DNA of 64,000 nucleotides from Patellaria atrata CBS 101060 (Eukaryota): NCBI GenBank assembly GCA_010093705.1, contig MU006103.1, positions 124,001 to 188,000 of the forward strand, read 5' to 3'. Shown piece by piece: positions 37,394 to 49,488 of this stretch (position 1 is its first letter; each line of letters starts with the position of its first letter). The notes under the pieces were generated by a model. It saw only the letters and a program-made list of their open reading frames with translations, ran no database searches and was not told where the DNA came from. The position numbers and the translations under genes were made by a program.

Positions 37394-38026
37394 ATGGCCC
37401 ATAAGATTGGTAACCTTCCTGTACGTATGAAATTCGACCGCATTGTGATATATCCGTTGACTCTTATAGCCTGTCCCCCAACTTTCCCATTCTGTGGGAT
37501 TAGCATTTGTCTATGCTGAGGACAAGTGCTTTGTATTCTACTACGACCAGAACGACAAATATCTCCACTACGCGGTCGGTAAGGAAAATGAAACATTCAG
37601 TTCATCCGCAATCGTATATGGAGGTGCAAAGAAACGAATCTCTATTCCCATCTATCCACAGCCATCTCCACTTACCGCAGGTTATAATAAGGATACGAAG
37701 GTACGTGATTTTGCTGACCCTGCTGTATCTGAATTCGGATCAACATCAGATTAACACTGAGTCCTCTACAGGAACTTCGTGTCTACTATGTGAACGACCA
37801 GCAGAACGTTGCGGAGGTAATTACAAAGGACTTTGGAGCTAATTGGGAAGAAGGCTCTCTGGCTGGGGAGAAGTACAAGATGGCAGACATTGGTGGCTTA
37901 TCCGCATATCCGGGCAACATGTGGCGTGTCATGATCCGTCAAGATCCCAAGGAAGGAGAGCCAATGTCTATCACTGAGCTCTATGAATTCAGCACCGGAG
38001 GCTGGAAGGCCTACGCCATCCCCTAA
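37394..38026 (+). CDS. Leaderless fucose-lectin-like (AAL/FleA-type) beta-propeller protein, ~170 aa
   Basis: Three exons (37394-37420, 37470-37700, 37772-38026) with gtacgt...ag introns join in frame. Repeated blade-like motifs: FVFYYD, LRVYYVN..AEV...NWEEGSL, WRVMIRQ..ELY..GGW. TATAAA at ~37275. The gene model is more secure than the lectin assignment. Confidence 0.65.
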
Positions 38027-39934
38027 GGGAAGTCTTACGGGTTGCTCTAGTTTTCAGAGCTCTGAAGTGGGTTGCTCAGTGTCGGACGGTTCAAAGGGGT
38101 ACTCTCGCGCAAGGATGGGGACTCTGTATAAGACACTAATATACCTGTAAACCTCGCATCATTGACTCTTGGTGAATGAAGGTGTACTTACTTCTCCTTG
38201 TTCCCTCTTCCTACCAGGAGTGATATCTCCCTCTAGAGAAGTTTCTTCCAGGAATCTGGATTCACACTTTAATAAACTGATACTAACACTGACCTTGAAT
38301 CTACCAAGGAAATAGAGCAAGCCCTGCTACATAAAACCGCGAAGACCGGAGGGACTGTAACCTAAATAAAGTGTGGGAGCCTTAGTAGGCTGAGTAGGTA
38401 GTTTGTTTGAAGGTTTGGCCTTACTTGTGGAACGATTAACGATCTGATCACCCGACCATGATTCGGTACGTCTGCTTGCACTTAGTTCTACGTCAACAAT
38501 CTCGTCCATAAGAATATTGGCCAGTATCATGTCCCAAGATATCGACAAAAGGGAATTAATGGTCGCGAGAGTACGGTATTGCTCTCCGCGTAACATGATG
38601 TTCAAACAAGACTTTCACTAGAACTAAAGCTAAGGATGCGAAATGCGGATGCCTAGAACTAAGCCACGGGGGAACCGGGTAGAACTCTCCGCGATCCCCA
38701 AAAATGCGCCCGACATATAGTTTAATTATGCTTTTCTGGAAACTCAAAATCTTTCAAGAGTACGGGGATTGAAGAGATCAGTTCTCCAATATTTAAGTTT
38801 CAATTTGCAACCACACGTTGTGCTTGTTCTTCCGGGGTCTAAGAGGAGCCGAATCCTCGGTTCGTGCAATCACCCCCTGAGCTCCACATCAACTATTACA
38901 AATTGTATAGTACATCTATAGGACTTCATTTATATTTCCAGAATGTAGAATGTGATATTCCTCAGTCCTCGCACTCCCCTCGGCCGTGGTAATTCTCCAT
39001 AAACTTGTCTGTCGCGTCGACAACCTCCACCTTTCCCTCAACGATTCATCGAACGTGATATGGTATTCGGCACCGCATCTTTGGTCCAACTTCCCGCACC
39101 CCCCTGGCAATATTCCTCTTTTAAGCCCAAATAAAATATTGGAGGCGGTAGAACCTGAAGAGACCCTTATCTGCTTCCTCTCAACCGCTCGACACAGCAA
39201 GATCGTGAGAATAGGATAATGAACCTGTCCAGAACGACCATGCTCAGATTGAAACCGGGCTCGAGGGGTAAGTAGAAATCTCTCTCATAGCATCGTAATC
39301 TTCTTTCGCAGATGTAGTTCTCCGTACTAGGGGTTTGAGCGCGAAAGAGGATGGATCGACTGGGGGTTGTGCGTGGTGGGCGGCATCATTCGATCTGTCT
39401 ATTTTTCTGTCGTGCTGAGAATTTTCAGTTACTATACACGCGCTGTGCAGCGCTGATGCAAGGTTGAAGTATATTGGTCTGGTGTTTGGCCTCGTTCCTA
39501 CTAACCGTACTGTAAGCTAGGACCGCGATGAGATTTAAGCATACATTTTAGAAGAGCAATTATATACTCTTAATATGTGGTCGGTGGATGAATTTGTAAG
39601 AGTGATGAAATGAATCACCTAGAAATAGGTACATTGACTGAAAGAAATCGAGAATTATAGACATTAAAACTTAGTATTATGGGCACTTTCCCTTTATTAA
39701 CCATTATAGACCAAGTCGGTCTGAAATCACTCGTAGTGACCATTCGCTGAAAACGCGTGAATCCCAAGTCCATACGTGCCGTACAAAAAGGGTATCGCCA
39801 GCGATCACTCAACCGCCAATAAGTCCAACTCCATACCGTGAACATATACCGCCGTACCGTACCGAAAGCAGATACGCCCAACTCCGTACCGCGAGCCCTT
39901 TCTACCGTGCCATTACGGCCCTCCTCCCGATGCC

Positions 39935-40849
39935 TCAACAAGGGCTGCCAGACAACCTCCTCGCAATTCTCCCGAAGAACGCCTTAACTGGACTCTCTCT
40001 CCTTCGTCCCCCTTGCACCGAATTGGGGCCCCATTGCCCCAACACAACTTCCCCGGGTGCAAGCATTTCATCGACTGCGCCCGACATTTCCGGCGGGATA
40101 CCTTGACACCTATCTTCCTCGAAGGCCGTACGGGAGGGTTCTTCGCTCGTGTCGCTCAGCTCATCTTGGAGGTCGTCACAGGATACCGTCGACGACACGT
40201 CAGAGGCGTACATTGCCCCGGAACTCTCGCCGTTGTAATTCTCCTGTCTGTACGACTGGAAGCTCCCGTGATGTTCCCGTACGATCGGTGGGCAAGAGGG
40301 GACGTTATCTTCCGTTATAATGGCGTTTTCAAGCTCTTCTAGAGCGGTCTCGATCTTGAGGTCCAATGTTGGTGAGACCCTTGAACCGGAACAGGAGCTA
40401 GAGGAGGCTTCGTTGTTCGCCTTTCTCCGTTTCTTGCGACCGAAGATATCGTTGAGGACGTTGAGACTTCGTTTCTTCGGCGACGCACAGGATTTTAGAG
40501 CTGGTCTAAGCTCCCTCTCGGCTTCGCTCCCGATACTGGCTTGCTCGTCCTTGTCCTCCCGCTCGTCCACTAGGCCTTTCTTAGCCTTCCCCTTCCCTTT
40601 TCCCTTTCCCCCAAGAGCATTCGCAAACCTCATGATGGTAACCGTGAACGAATGTGCAGTTCCCTGTGCCGCAGTGGCTCGGACCACGTCACGTGCTTTC
40701 CCCCGTTTAGCACGTAAGATGGAGGCGGGAGAATGAGGTCCGCTACGGCTTTCCGTATAGCGCCAGTATTCATGATATGGACACTCAATGGCGGGACCTC
40801 CATGGCAGGCTTGGATCGAACAACGGGAAGCAACCTCTACAAGATCCAT
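39935..40849 (-). CDS. Hypothetical protein (basic NLS-like and acidic regions)
   Basis: 304-codon open frame containing a GRKKRRK basic cluster. The start may be the ATG at 40633 (MRFANALGG). A long pyrimidine tract lies upstream on the coding strand (41160-41310). Confidence 0.6.
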   Translation of the reverse strand: MDLVEVASRCSIQACHGGPAIECPYHEYWRYTESRSGPHSPASILRAKRGKARDVVRATAAQGTAHSFTVTIMRFANALGGKGKGKGKAKKGLVDEREDKDEQASIGSEAERELRPALKSCASPKKRSLNVLNDIFGRKKRRKANNEASSSSCSGSRVSPTLDLKIETALEELENAIITEDNVPSCPPIVREHHGSFQSYRQENYNGESSGAMYASDVSSTVSCDDLQDELSDTSEEPSRTAFEEDRCQGIPPEMSGAVDEMLAPGEVVLGQWGPNSVQGGRRRESPVKAFFGRIARRLSGSPC

Positions 40850-42238
40850 TATGCCGCTAGGTGATGATGGACTGGGGCAACCTTGTAAATGTGTCCTTAA
40901 TTAAGTAGTCGTGAAGGAAGAATGAAACGAAGAAGAAGTGGCTTAAATATCTTTGGCGCGAATATTAGGACTTAAGGTGGGTAATGTGAAGCAACAGCTT
41001 GAGAGAAAGAGCTTAAGAGGCGAGTTGATGATGGAATCAAGAGAACGCTATCAGTAGAGATTATTGTACGAGAATCGTACAGATGAGAAGTGATTTAGGA
41101 TTTCAGATCAGGCATTATCGTTGTACTGTATCCTACTCGAAAAGATATACGGGAGCCTCGAGTAAATGAAGGGAAAAGAGGGAATGAAGAGGGAATGTAG
41201 AGAGACAATGTATAGGGGAAATGTAGAAGGGAAACGGAGAGGGGAAAGGGAGAGACTAAAACGAGAGGGAAAATAGAGTGAAAGTGTGAGATATATAGAA
41301 CGGGAGATCAAATTCAGATTGTGGGAAGTCACGCCAACTTTCACGTGGTACTCAGAACCATACTTCAACCAATATTTGTAAACATGGTTCACGCGAGTTG
41401 CCAGAGTTACAATCCCTTGATGAGGTATAGATGTGTGGTTGATAAACGTCATTTTTCCAATTGTTCGTGTGCAATATTGTGGTGTGTGATTGGGGAGTTC
41501 GTGGGCAATTATGCAATCGAGATTTGGTAAACGGGTTTATGACAAGGCCTAGATCTAGTGAGTCGACCTAACCTTTCCAATATACTTATAGTCAAGTGCT
41601 GAATAGAAAAGGCGCGAGAGGCGATAGAAAGGCCATTCTAATCCTGCTCTGACGTTGTTGTACACTGTACGGAATCTCTTCACTCGGGGACAATGCAGAA
41701 CTAACAATATCAAAACTTCAGAAGCAAGTCAGCGGTATAGCTCAACACACATTTTTCCAGCCCACCCAATCGAACGCGTCTGCGGCCGTACAGAGCGTTT
41801 TGGCGCCCATGGTTCCGCTGGATACTATACGTGGTACCTGCGTATGAAATACAGCCTGATCCCCAATCGCACTTAAGAAGTGAAGAGCCTCTCATCTCGA
41901 GATCTCCACACCGCTCTTCTGCTCATTCTGTCTCGTGTCTTTCTTCTTCCTGTACCCATGGTGTTGGGTTCCCTTTTCTTATTATTGAGAGTGGACCCCT
42001 ATCAGATACCTCAACAGTTGTGAGCACCCTTTAATCGTCACAGTGACTCAACTGCACAGAGGAACCTATGTGTCACACCATTAATCCATAAGGTACAAGT
42101 CCATCGTACGTTCTCATAAACATTTGTGTACACGGGCGTAAAAACAATATAATGCCTCCCTAAAAAGTCACCATCCCGATTCAGTTCAGATGTACACCAA
42201 TAATAAAGGGACAATGTCCAACCATACCTTACGCACCA

Positions 42239-43812
42239 TCAAACACCCGCCGCCTTCTTCATGAAGAACTTCTTCAGCGGACGTATCTCATTCACAGCCT
42301 TCAAGCCCAAACTCCTCAACCCCACAATGGGTCCTGACCCCACAGCATAGAGTTTATGCAACTTATCCACAACCCCCAACATCGCGTTGTTCTCCGCATA
42401 CCGTTTCGCATTATATGCTTCCAGACTGAGCGTACTTCCAATATCCGCGCCCGTCTCTACAGCGGCTTGAATAGTGCTCACGAGTGCGGCTACATCACCT
42501 TGGCCTTGGTTTAGTCCTTGGCCTGCTAGTGGATGAATCGTGTGTGCTGCATCTCCCACGAGAGCGACACGTTCACCAGTGTAGGTGTCTGCGTGACGCA
42601 TTTTGAGGGGAAAGGAGGCGATGGAGCCGTCCTGGACGTCGACAACCTCCATCGGTACCTTAGTTGAATCAGCAGCGGAATGCTTCACGCGCCATTCAAA
42701 TTCTTCCTGCTGCCCGGATGAAACACTGTGCATATATTCTAGGTCCACTGGGGATAGACGGAATGCAGCATTCACCATCGCAAGAAAATCGCATTTGCTG
42801 ATGCTCTTCAACCGAGCTGCACGCTCTGGAACAGTCGACCAAACCAGAGTGGCCATATTACCAGGTAAGGGAAGCATGGCGACTGGACCGGTGGGAAGAA
42901 ACCGCTGGTACGCTATTTTGTAACCCTCACCGCCCCAGCCGGATCCGCTGAGCTTCAATGTCGCTACGATGCCGTGACGATTGTAGTCCCAACCCCTACT
43001 TGTAGTCCCTGCGAATGTTCGAACAGGGCTGTTTGCACCATCTGCACCAATGAGCAGACGTGCGCCTATTCTTCGACCGTTGCTGAGAGAGATTATAGGC
43101 CACGAGCGGAGATCTAGCTCGGGAGTAGAATTCCCAAGATCTATCGAGTCTACACGGACGGGTGATATGACAGTGATATCTCCGAGTTTTTCGAGGTAGG
43201 TTTGGAGAGCAGTGGTAAGGTTTTGATTCTCGATCATGTATGCGATGGTTGACGGTTGCACATCTCTACGTGTATTCACTTCCCAGTCAAAAGCTATCCG
43301 TGACCCAGTGATGCCATCCCAAACTTGCATTTCTTGATAAGGTTGGACTCGTGAGATATCGATGTGAGACCATGCCCCGATTTCTAGAAAAATTGTGACC
43401 TCAATTAGCTAAGTGGTCGTCTCATTCAATACTGAGGGGTAGCACCTTGAAGATAGCGAACAGATGCGGGAGTCAGGGAACTGCATCTGTTCGAATATAC
43501 ATCTGGTGAAGGATTGCGCATGCGACCTTTGTCAAGGTCCAGGCTCTCAATGAGGGCGATCTTAAGATTTGATGTCGTTTTTGATGCACCTGTACAAGAA
43601 TAAGCAGGGTGCCGTGGCTGAGGGATTGGCCATCACATACGTAGTCCTACAACAAGACTCAAACCAGCAGGCCCACCTCCTACGCAGACGACGTCAAAGA
43701 GCTCAGGAGAATCTATCGCTGTAGCATATCTGCAACGTTGAGTAGGTCGAAGCTGCAGTTTAGGGATGGTGCGAATAGAGTCACGAAGCCATAGGGTAGC
43801 TCGGTACTGCAT
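42239..43812 (-). CDS. COQ6: Ubiquinone biosynthesis monooxygenase Coq6
   Basis: Mitochondrial presequence-like N-terminus. Motifs DVVCVGGGPAGL, LIGADGANSPVR, AYQRFLPTGPVAMLPL and GDAAHTIHPLAGQGLNQG. Introns 43590-43640 and 43384-43445. Confidence 0.95.
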
Positions 43813-44261
43813 CACGAGCTCATATGACTTTGATACATATGGTACGCGAGAAGGGGACTGCAAAAGGAATTGGGCAATTGATACGTCTAGACCAATAATT
43901 TCTGTCTTGAGCTGTGCGATGTCGTTTAGAAATATGAATCTACCATGGAGGGCCGCATGGGTCACCGTAGGTGATTGGATGTTCAAGGGTTGGAGACAAC
44001 CATCTCGCACACATTCGGTCACGCAGTCACATAAGATGGATATAACTAATTGAATTTCTCGCCTGGCGAGTATTATCTTCTTTACAGAGAGTGAAAAGTT
44101 CTAACAACCGAAACTACCTATGCGGTAGTGTTTCGGATTCCTCCAAGCGCCTCGCTATGCACCCAAAATGACCTTGACAATAATCGTCCAAATCGACGGG
44201 TATGATGAAAGACTGAGAAATGATTTACAAGACTCGACGTATGCAGTCGAGGAGAGGAGAT

Positions 44262-47200
44262 TTAGACGCCTTCCTCCTTCTTGATAGAGTTAAGCTTGAT
44301 TTTCAATTTTATACCCTTCGGTTTGTTCGGGTCTGCTGGAAGTGACAGAGCATCGCCTACATCTGGGTTAGTGTTGTTTCGCGATGGGTCAGAAGGCTGT
44401 GATGGCTGAGATTTAGATTGAGGTGGGGTAGGGTGGACAGATGCTGGGGGCGGCATCTGAGAGTTTAACCCTGGGACAGATGTGAGAGGTTGGGGCGATG
44501 GTTGAGGTGCACTCATTGGAACTGAGGCTGATGAAGAAGCCAGTGCCGCGAGAGCGGTCGAATTCTTCTTCCCGATCTTCAACTTTATGGTCTTCCTTGG
44601 TGGAGGAGCGGGGCTAGCAGAGAGTCGGGGAGGGATCGGTGTCGACTGCTGTTGGTTGATAATATTGTGGAAAGGCGGCCGTTGAGGGGTAGGTGAAGTT
44701 GAAGGTACAGGTAACGTTGGTTTTCGTTGAAATACTATCTTCGGTTGCGGTAGTGTTGGAGGCTTAGCCTTGGGCAACGGGGTAGTTCTGATTTTGGTAG
44801 GGACGAAGTGTAAGAGCCCCTTTGATATAACATTAGCGCCTTTGTACATAGAAATGCAGGGTATAGTTATGACAGAGTTTTGTACCTTTCCTTCATGTTC
44901 AACTTTGAAATAGCGAGGATATTTCAGGACCACCCGAAGGGAGTTCACAGGCTCGTATAGCATTGCACAAATATCCAGAAAGTTACCAAATTCTTTCAAG
45001 CTGATAAAGTCCGATCTACGCATATTAGTTTGGAAAAGTTATCATTTGATGTCCATTGAGAGAACATACCGAAGGACACCCTTCAAGGAATCTTTCAGGC
45101 CCTCATCAGTTTGAAGCTCGTTCTTTAGTGACTCTAACGCGCCTTCAATTGATTCGGACCGACGGATCTCTTCCGCTCTAGTGTCTGCAGCTTCTTGATC
45201 GATCACTAGACCACCATTGTCTAGAGGACCAGTCTTTTGGCGACTTCTATTGCCTTGGAGGGCAATATATCCAAGAGCTAGACCAAAGACCCTATAGAAC
45301 TCATTGCGCATGTATGGTGACATCTCAGATTCGAGGGAATAGAGGAGATATTGCCTCAGCGGCGGATGTCTCATTGCACCCACTTCGGCTAGAGAACTCC
45401 ATGCTTTGATTCGAACGTTCGGTGCGTTGCCAGGTTGCGTGTATTGCATGAAATCTTCAACTCTTCGAGGTATTACATTCTCTAGGGTGAGTTTCTTCAG
45501 GCAATCCAAGGTTGTAACGGTATAAATGTTCTGATACGACGAAGTCCACTCGTCGATGCGTCGATATCTTTCAATTTCTTCCACGGCTTTTCTCTGGAAG
45601 TCCGCTTCGGCTATTTCAGCCTCATGAGTTAGATTCTGATATCCGTATGCACCACCGGGGGGTATCCTCTTGATCAAAGTCTCTGCAAGGCACAAGAGCA
45701 AAGTTGCAACATAATGGCAGTCCGAGAACTGATAGGTATTAGTGAAAGTCTAACCATATAGAATTTGAAATATTACCTCGTTATGGCTGTTATCGTTGAA
45801 CTTCAGCTTATCTATGAACCACGTTTTCACGGCCATCGGGGTTTTACCATATTCGTCTCGGATGTTGGCCATAGCCTTCGGGATCGCACATTGTATTAAA
45901 TATCTGCTACGATCTGAGAAGTCATTCGGTCGTGTCATAGGAGAATCTGGAAAACAGAAAAATTCATCGAATGCCTTCTTGAGGTGATAAAAGCCTATCC
46001 AGTCGTATTCGCTCTTCGCCGCATTTGTTAATGCAGCAGCTGCGGATGTTCTGATACCGTGGAAGTACCGCTGGTCCATTAAAGTTCGAGTAAGAATGCT
46101 TGATAGGAGTGGCGCCGCTTTCATACGGGATAAGTAATGGATGGACTGGATTTGTTAGCCTTGACATTAGTTTACTTTCATTGAGAAATACTTACTTCTG
46201 CTTGCGCAACAACATCTTTATCCTGTTGGAGTTGCGACACCCACATATAGTGAGGCATATGAACGTCCATTTTACAGATCCACTCGAAGTCAGCATCCAT
46301 ACGAATCCACTCGTATGACTCCTGGCTCATCTTGTCTTCATCCTCTTTCGACCAATCTGTAAGTTGCCAGTCTAACACCTCTTCTTCAGATTGTAGTACG
46401 TCGCCTAAACAATATAGTAGAACATCGTCTTGCGCATCACCAGCAACATCCATTCCTGCCGCTGCTGCTGCACGCTCTTTCTGGCGTCGACTTCTCTTTA
46501 AACGCTTATATTTCGTGTTGTAAGGAATTTCAACCTTAGTAACCGCTTCTTTGATGTCAACTATATGTTCATACGGTGTACCGTCCGCTTCATGAATACG
46601 TATTGTCATCGGGCCAGTGAATAAAGGCTGCAGAGGACCTGCATAGATCTTATGGACTTCTTCAACTGCATCGCGCATGAATGTCTCGGGTTCAACCTTA
46701 GCCGAGCTCACACTGTCTATTTGAGTCTGTTTGATCATCATCTCCACGACGAGCTTTTTCTTGTTGAAGCGTTGCTGGACGACAAAATCGGGGCAACCAG
46801 CACCGTATACCCACTGAGCAAAAAAGCCTTCAAGTTTCATATGCCCGACTTTTTCACATACTCGAAAAAAGTTATCAGTCGTTATGCAGTTGTTGGTCAT
46901 GTTCGCGACCTTGCCGTTTTTGGCTACTTTCTCGATACAGGTGTCCGCCCCACTCCGCCCATTTGCTTTGATAAGTCGGTTGTGAAGAATGAAAAGCACC
47001 GCGGGAGCTTTGAGAGCCATGAACTCCATCTCGCTTGGGTCGAGGGCCAAAATGGATCCAAGAGCATAAAGTGAAGGCCGATTAACATCCAGCTCGAAAA
47101 TCTTGTCCGCATAGGTCTTTTGCCTATAACGGTACTCATTCTTCCCACAGAGATATGCCAGGAATTTATCGGTCATGAAATAGGCACTTCCGATCACAAT

Positions 47201-48729
47201 CCAAGTATCCCCAGGACCAGCCGGGGTAATATTGACTCCCATCCATTGGCTAGCGAGAGCAAACACAAGTTGCCTGGTAACTTTATCGAGAGGTTCTAGT
47301 ATATCTTGCGGATAGAGGAGACGGCTACTGCAAATAGAAAGAGATGCAGTGTCAATGACATCGGCTTCTGAATTTTCAACGAAACAGATGTTATAGCTCT
47401 TGTACGGAAAGATGCTATATTGCGTAGAGAGATAATCCAAAGCCTGTGTAGGGTGTTAGAGCGTACTCAACGAAAGCGTACTGTGAGATTCAACATACCG
47501 TTGGTAATACCATACATGTATTTTTCAATTCCTCCATCCTACCTGGTAAGCAATAGCCCCAAACCGGTCGAGCGTTTTCACCTAGTCGATCATCTTCATC
47601 GCTTGATCGGAACTCCGACGCAAGATCGCAGCGTTCAAATGGACCTACTGCGAATCCTAGATGCCGCGCTGTGACCGGTGTATCAAGTCTAAACGTAACA
47701 GTCTTGCGGGTTGGATCCAATGGGTCATCGATCTAAGAGGAGATATTAACAATCACGCAAGCAACAAAGTAGTCTGCGGCAACTTACTTCGTCATGGAGC
47801 ATTCCGCAGGAGACTACAACCATATCAATGACCTTTTCCTCCTCACTCAATTCCATAAGGAATTCATCTTGATCCTCCAGATTGAATGAATCCGCACGAT
47901 GAGTACCATTACTTTCGCCGTTTGGAAGATCAACATCTGTTGCAGTGGATCCGTTTATCATGGGAGGAGCTAAGGACCGAGGCTTCCGACATGCGTCCCC
48001 AAGAGTGCGAGGGCAGCGAATAGATAGCTGCCACTCGCAGCGGGCGGTGGGATCGTCAACACAGGGAAAGAGACACGAGGGATGTGCGGGAGTGGCAAAG
48101 CTTCGTGTAAAAGCATGAGGATACCATGGATCATCTTTTTGGAGACCTACAAATTGTAGCCCGTCTCTAAATCCAAGTACATCAAATCCCAATATTATCT
48201 CTATGGGTTTATACCTGTAGGCTTGGTCTTCTCCTGTGCCAGGTACCTTCGGAATCTCAGTTGTTACTGGAATATCTCCGTTCTCTATCCTGATATCGCC
48301 ATCTAATCTCAGTGTCGCATTTTCCCTGCTCATAGCGAATGGATCCTCGATCTCTTCAATGTGAAAGTTCTTTGGTAACTGTAGAACAAGTTCATCCTCG
48401 GAGCCCCCATCCAACTGTGCTTGCACTTTTTGACGTAGGAGATGATGCTGGTGTACTCCATATCCTACATTGAAATCCACCCTAGAGTATGGGTCCTCAT
48501 GTCTAAGTTGAGGGGATTTATGGTCCTTGATAGCAATGTATGTAATCTTGGTCTGGCGACAGCTGAAGCGAATCGTTCGCAGATCTTTCGAGTGGGGTTG
48601 TACAGTAATTTCAGTCCTCCCTTTGATAGACCGTGTCGCAAAGTCTATATCATACCATAACTTTTGCGCATATATGGAAAATCCGAGCCCGGGTGGAAGT
48701 GATGGCGGTGGATCTATGAGGCCAGGCAT
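44262..48729 (-). CDS. TAF2: Transcription initiation factor TFIID subunit 2
   Basis: M1-aminopeptidase-like N-terminus (FPCVDD, GFAVGPFE). GPMTIRIHEADGTPYEH and EWIRMDADFEWIC motifs. Five GT-AG introns join the six ORF segments in frame. Confidence 0.95.
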
Positions 48730-48746
48730 TTCGAATTAATCGTAGG

Positions 48747-48925
48747 TTATTTCGAGAGATATCCGGGCGCACGGTTCTGAAGTACAAATCAGTAAGTAAT
48801 AATGGGAGTATGGAAGATGCGCCGGCCAGGGGAAATGTTTGCGAAGAAGAAAATCGCGTCGTACAGGTTAGGTAGCTCACAGGCCAGCGGCGAGGGAAAA
48901 ATTGATCACGGTGGATGATGTTCAT
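48747..48925 (-). promoter_or_regulatory. Candidate spliced uORF (24 codons) and 5'-leader intron of TAF2
   Basis: ATG at 48925. Intron 48777-48880 (gtgagc...tactgat...cag). Stop at 48747-48749, 17 nt before the TAF2 ATG. Confidence 0.45.
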
Positions 48926-49488
48926 CGAAGTTCAGGGTAGAGGGGCAAATAGCTGGAAAGAGTCCTTTATTGTTTGACTAAAGTACATCTCGATATTGAA
49001 GGTGCCTACTCATCTAGTCGTGACAATATGCTTACGAGTAGAGAACAATGAAGGTATCAGCCATTGATGTGAAGCTACGCCAAGAGCCGGGGAAGCATGG
49101 TTGTTTGATTGAGAGCTTGTCTTATGTAAGCGTATATATCTTGGCATAGATATCAATGTTTGACATGTGAATCCTCCCTTCACTTCACGTCTGTAATACT
49201 AGTTCTAATTTTCCCCGTCTTCTCGACGGGGGTCTATTCGCAAGTAAGCTAAAATTTCAGTATATATCAAACATTTTTTTCTTGCTCTTTCCACCTAATC
49301 GTTCGTTCCTAAACAGTTGACCCGTCGTGCTCTCTTGATAACGTTAGTAAGTCATATCACTCGGTCACTCTTCTGATACAACAGCCTGCCATACAGTAAA
49401 CGGGATATAGCCTCTTCTCCGTCACTCCTACTAAACCAGTATTTTAGTGATGATGCAGGCCAGAATCTAGCATTAATCGTCACTAGTA

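Noticed and set aside
38916..39390. Coding-like fragments on the minus strand
   Set aside because: All frames are interrupted and no family is recognisable without a search.
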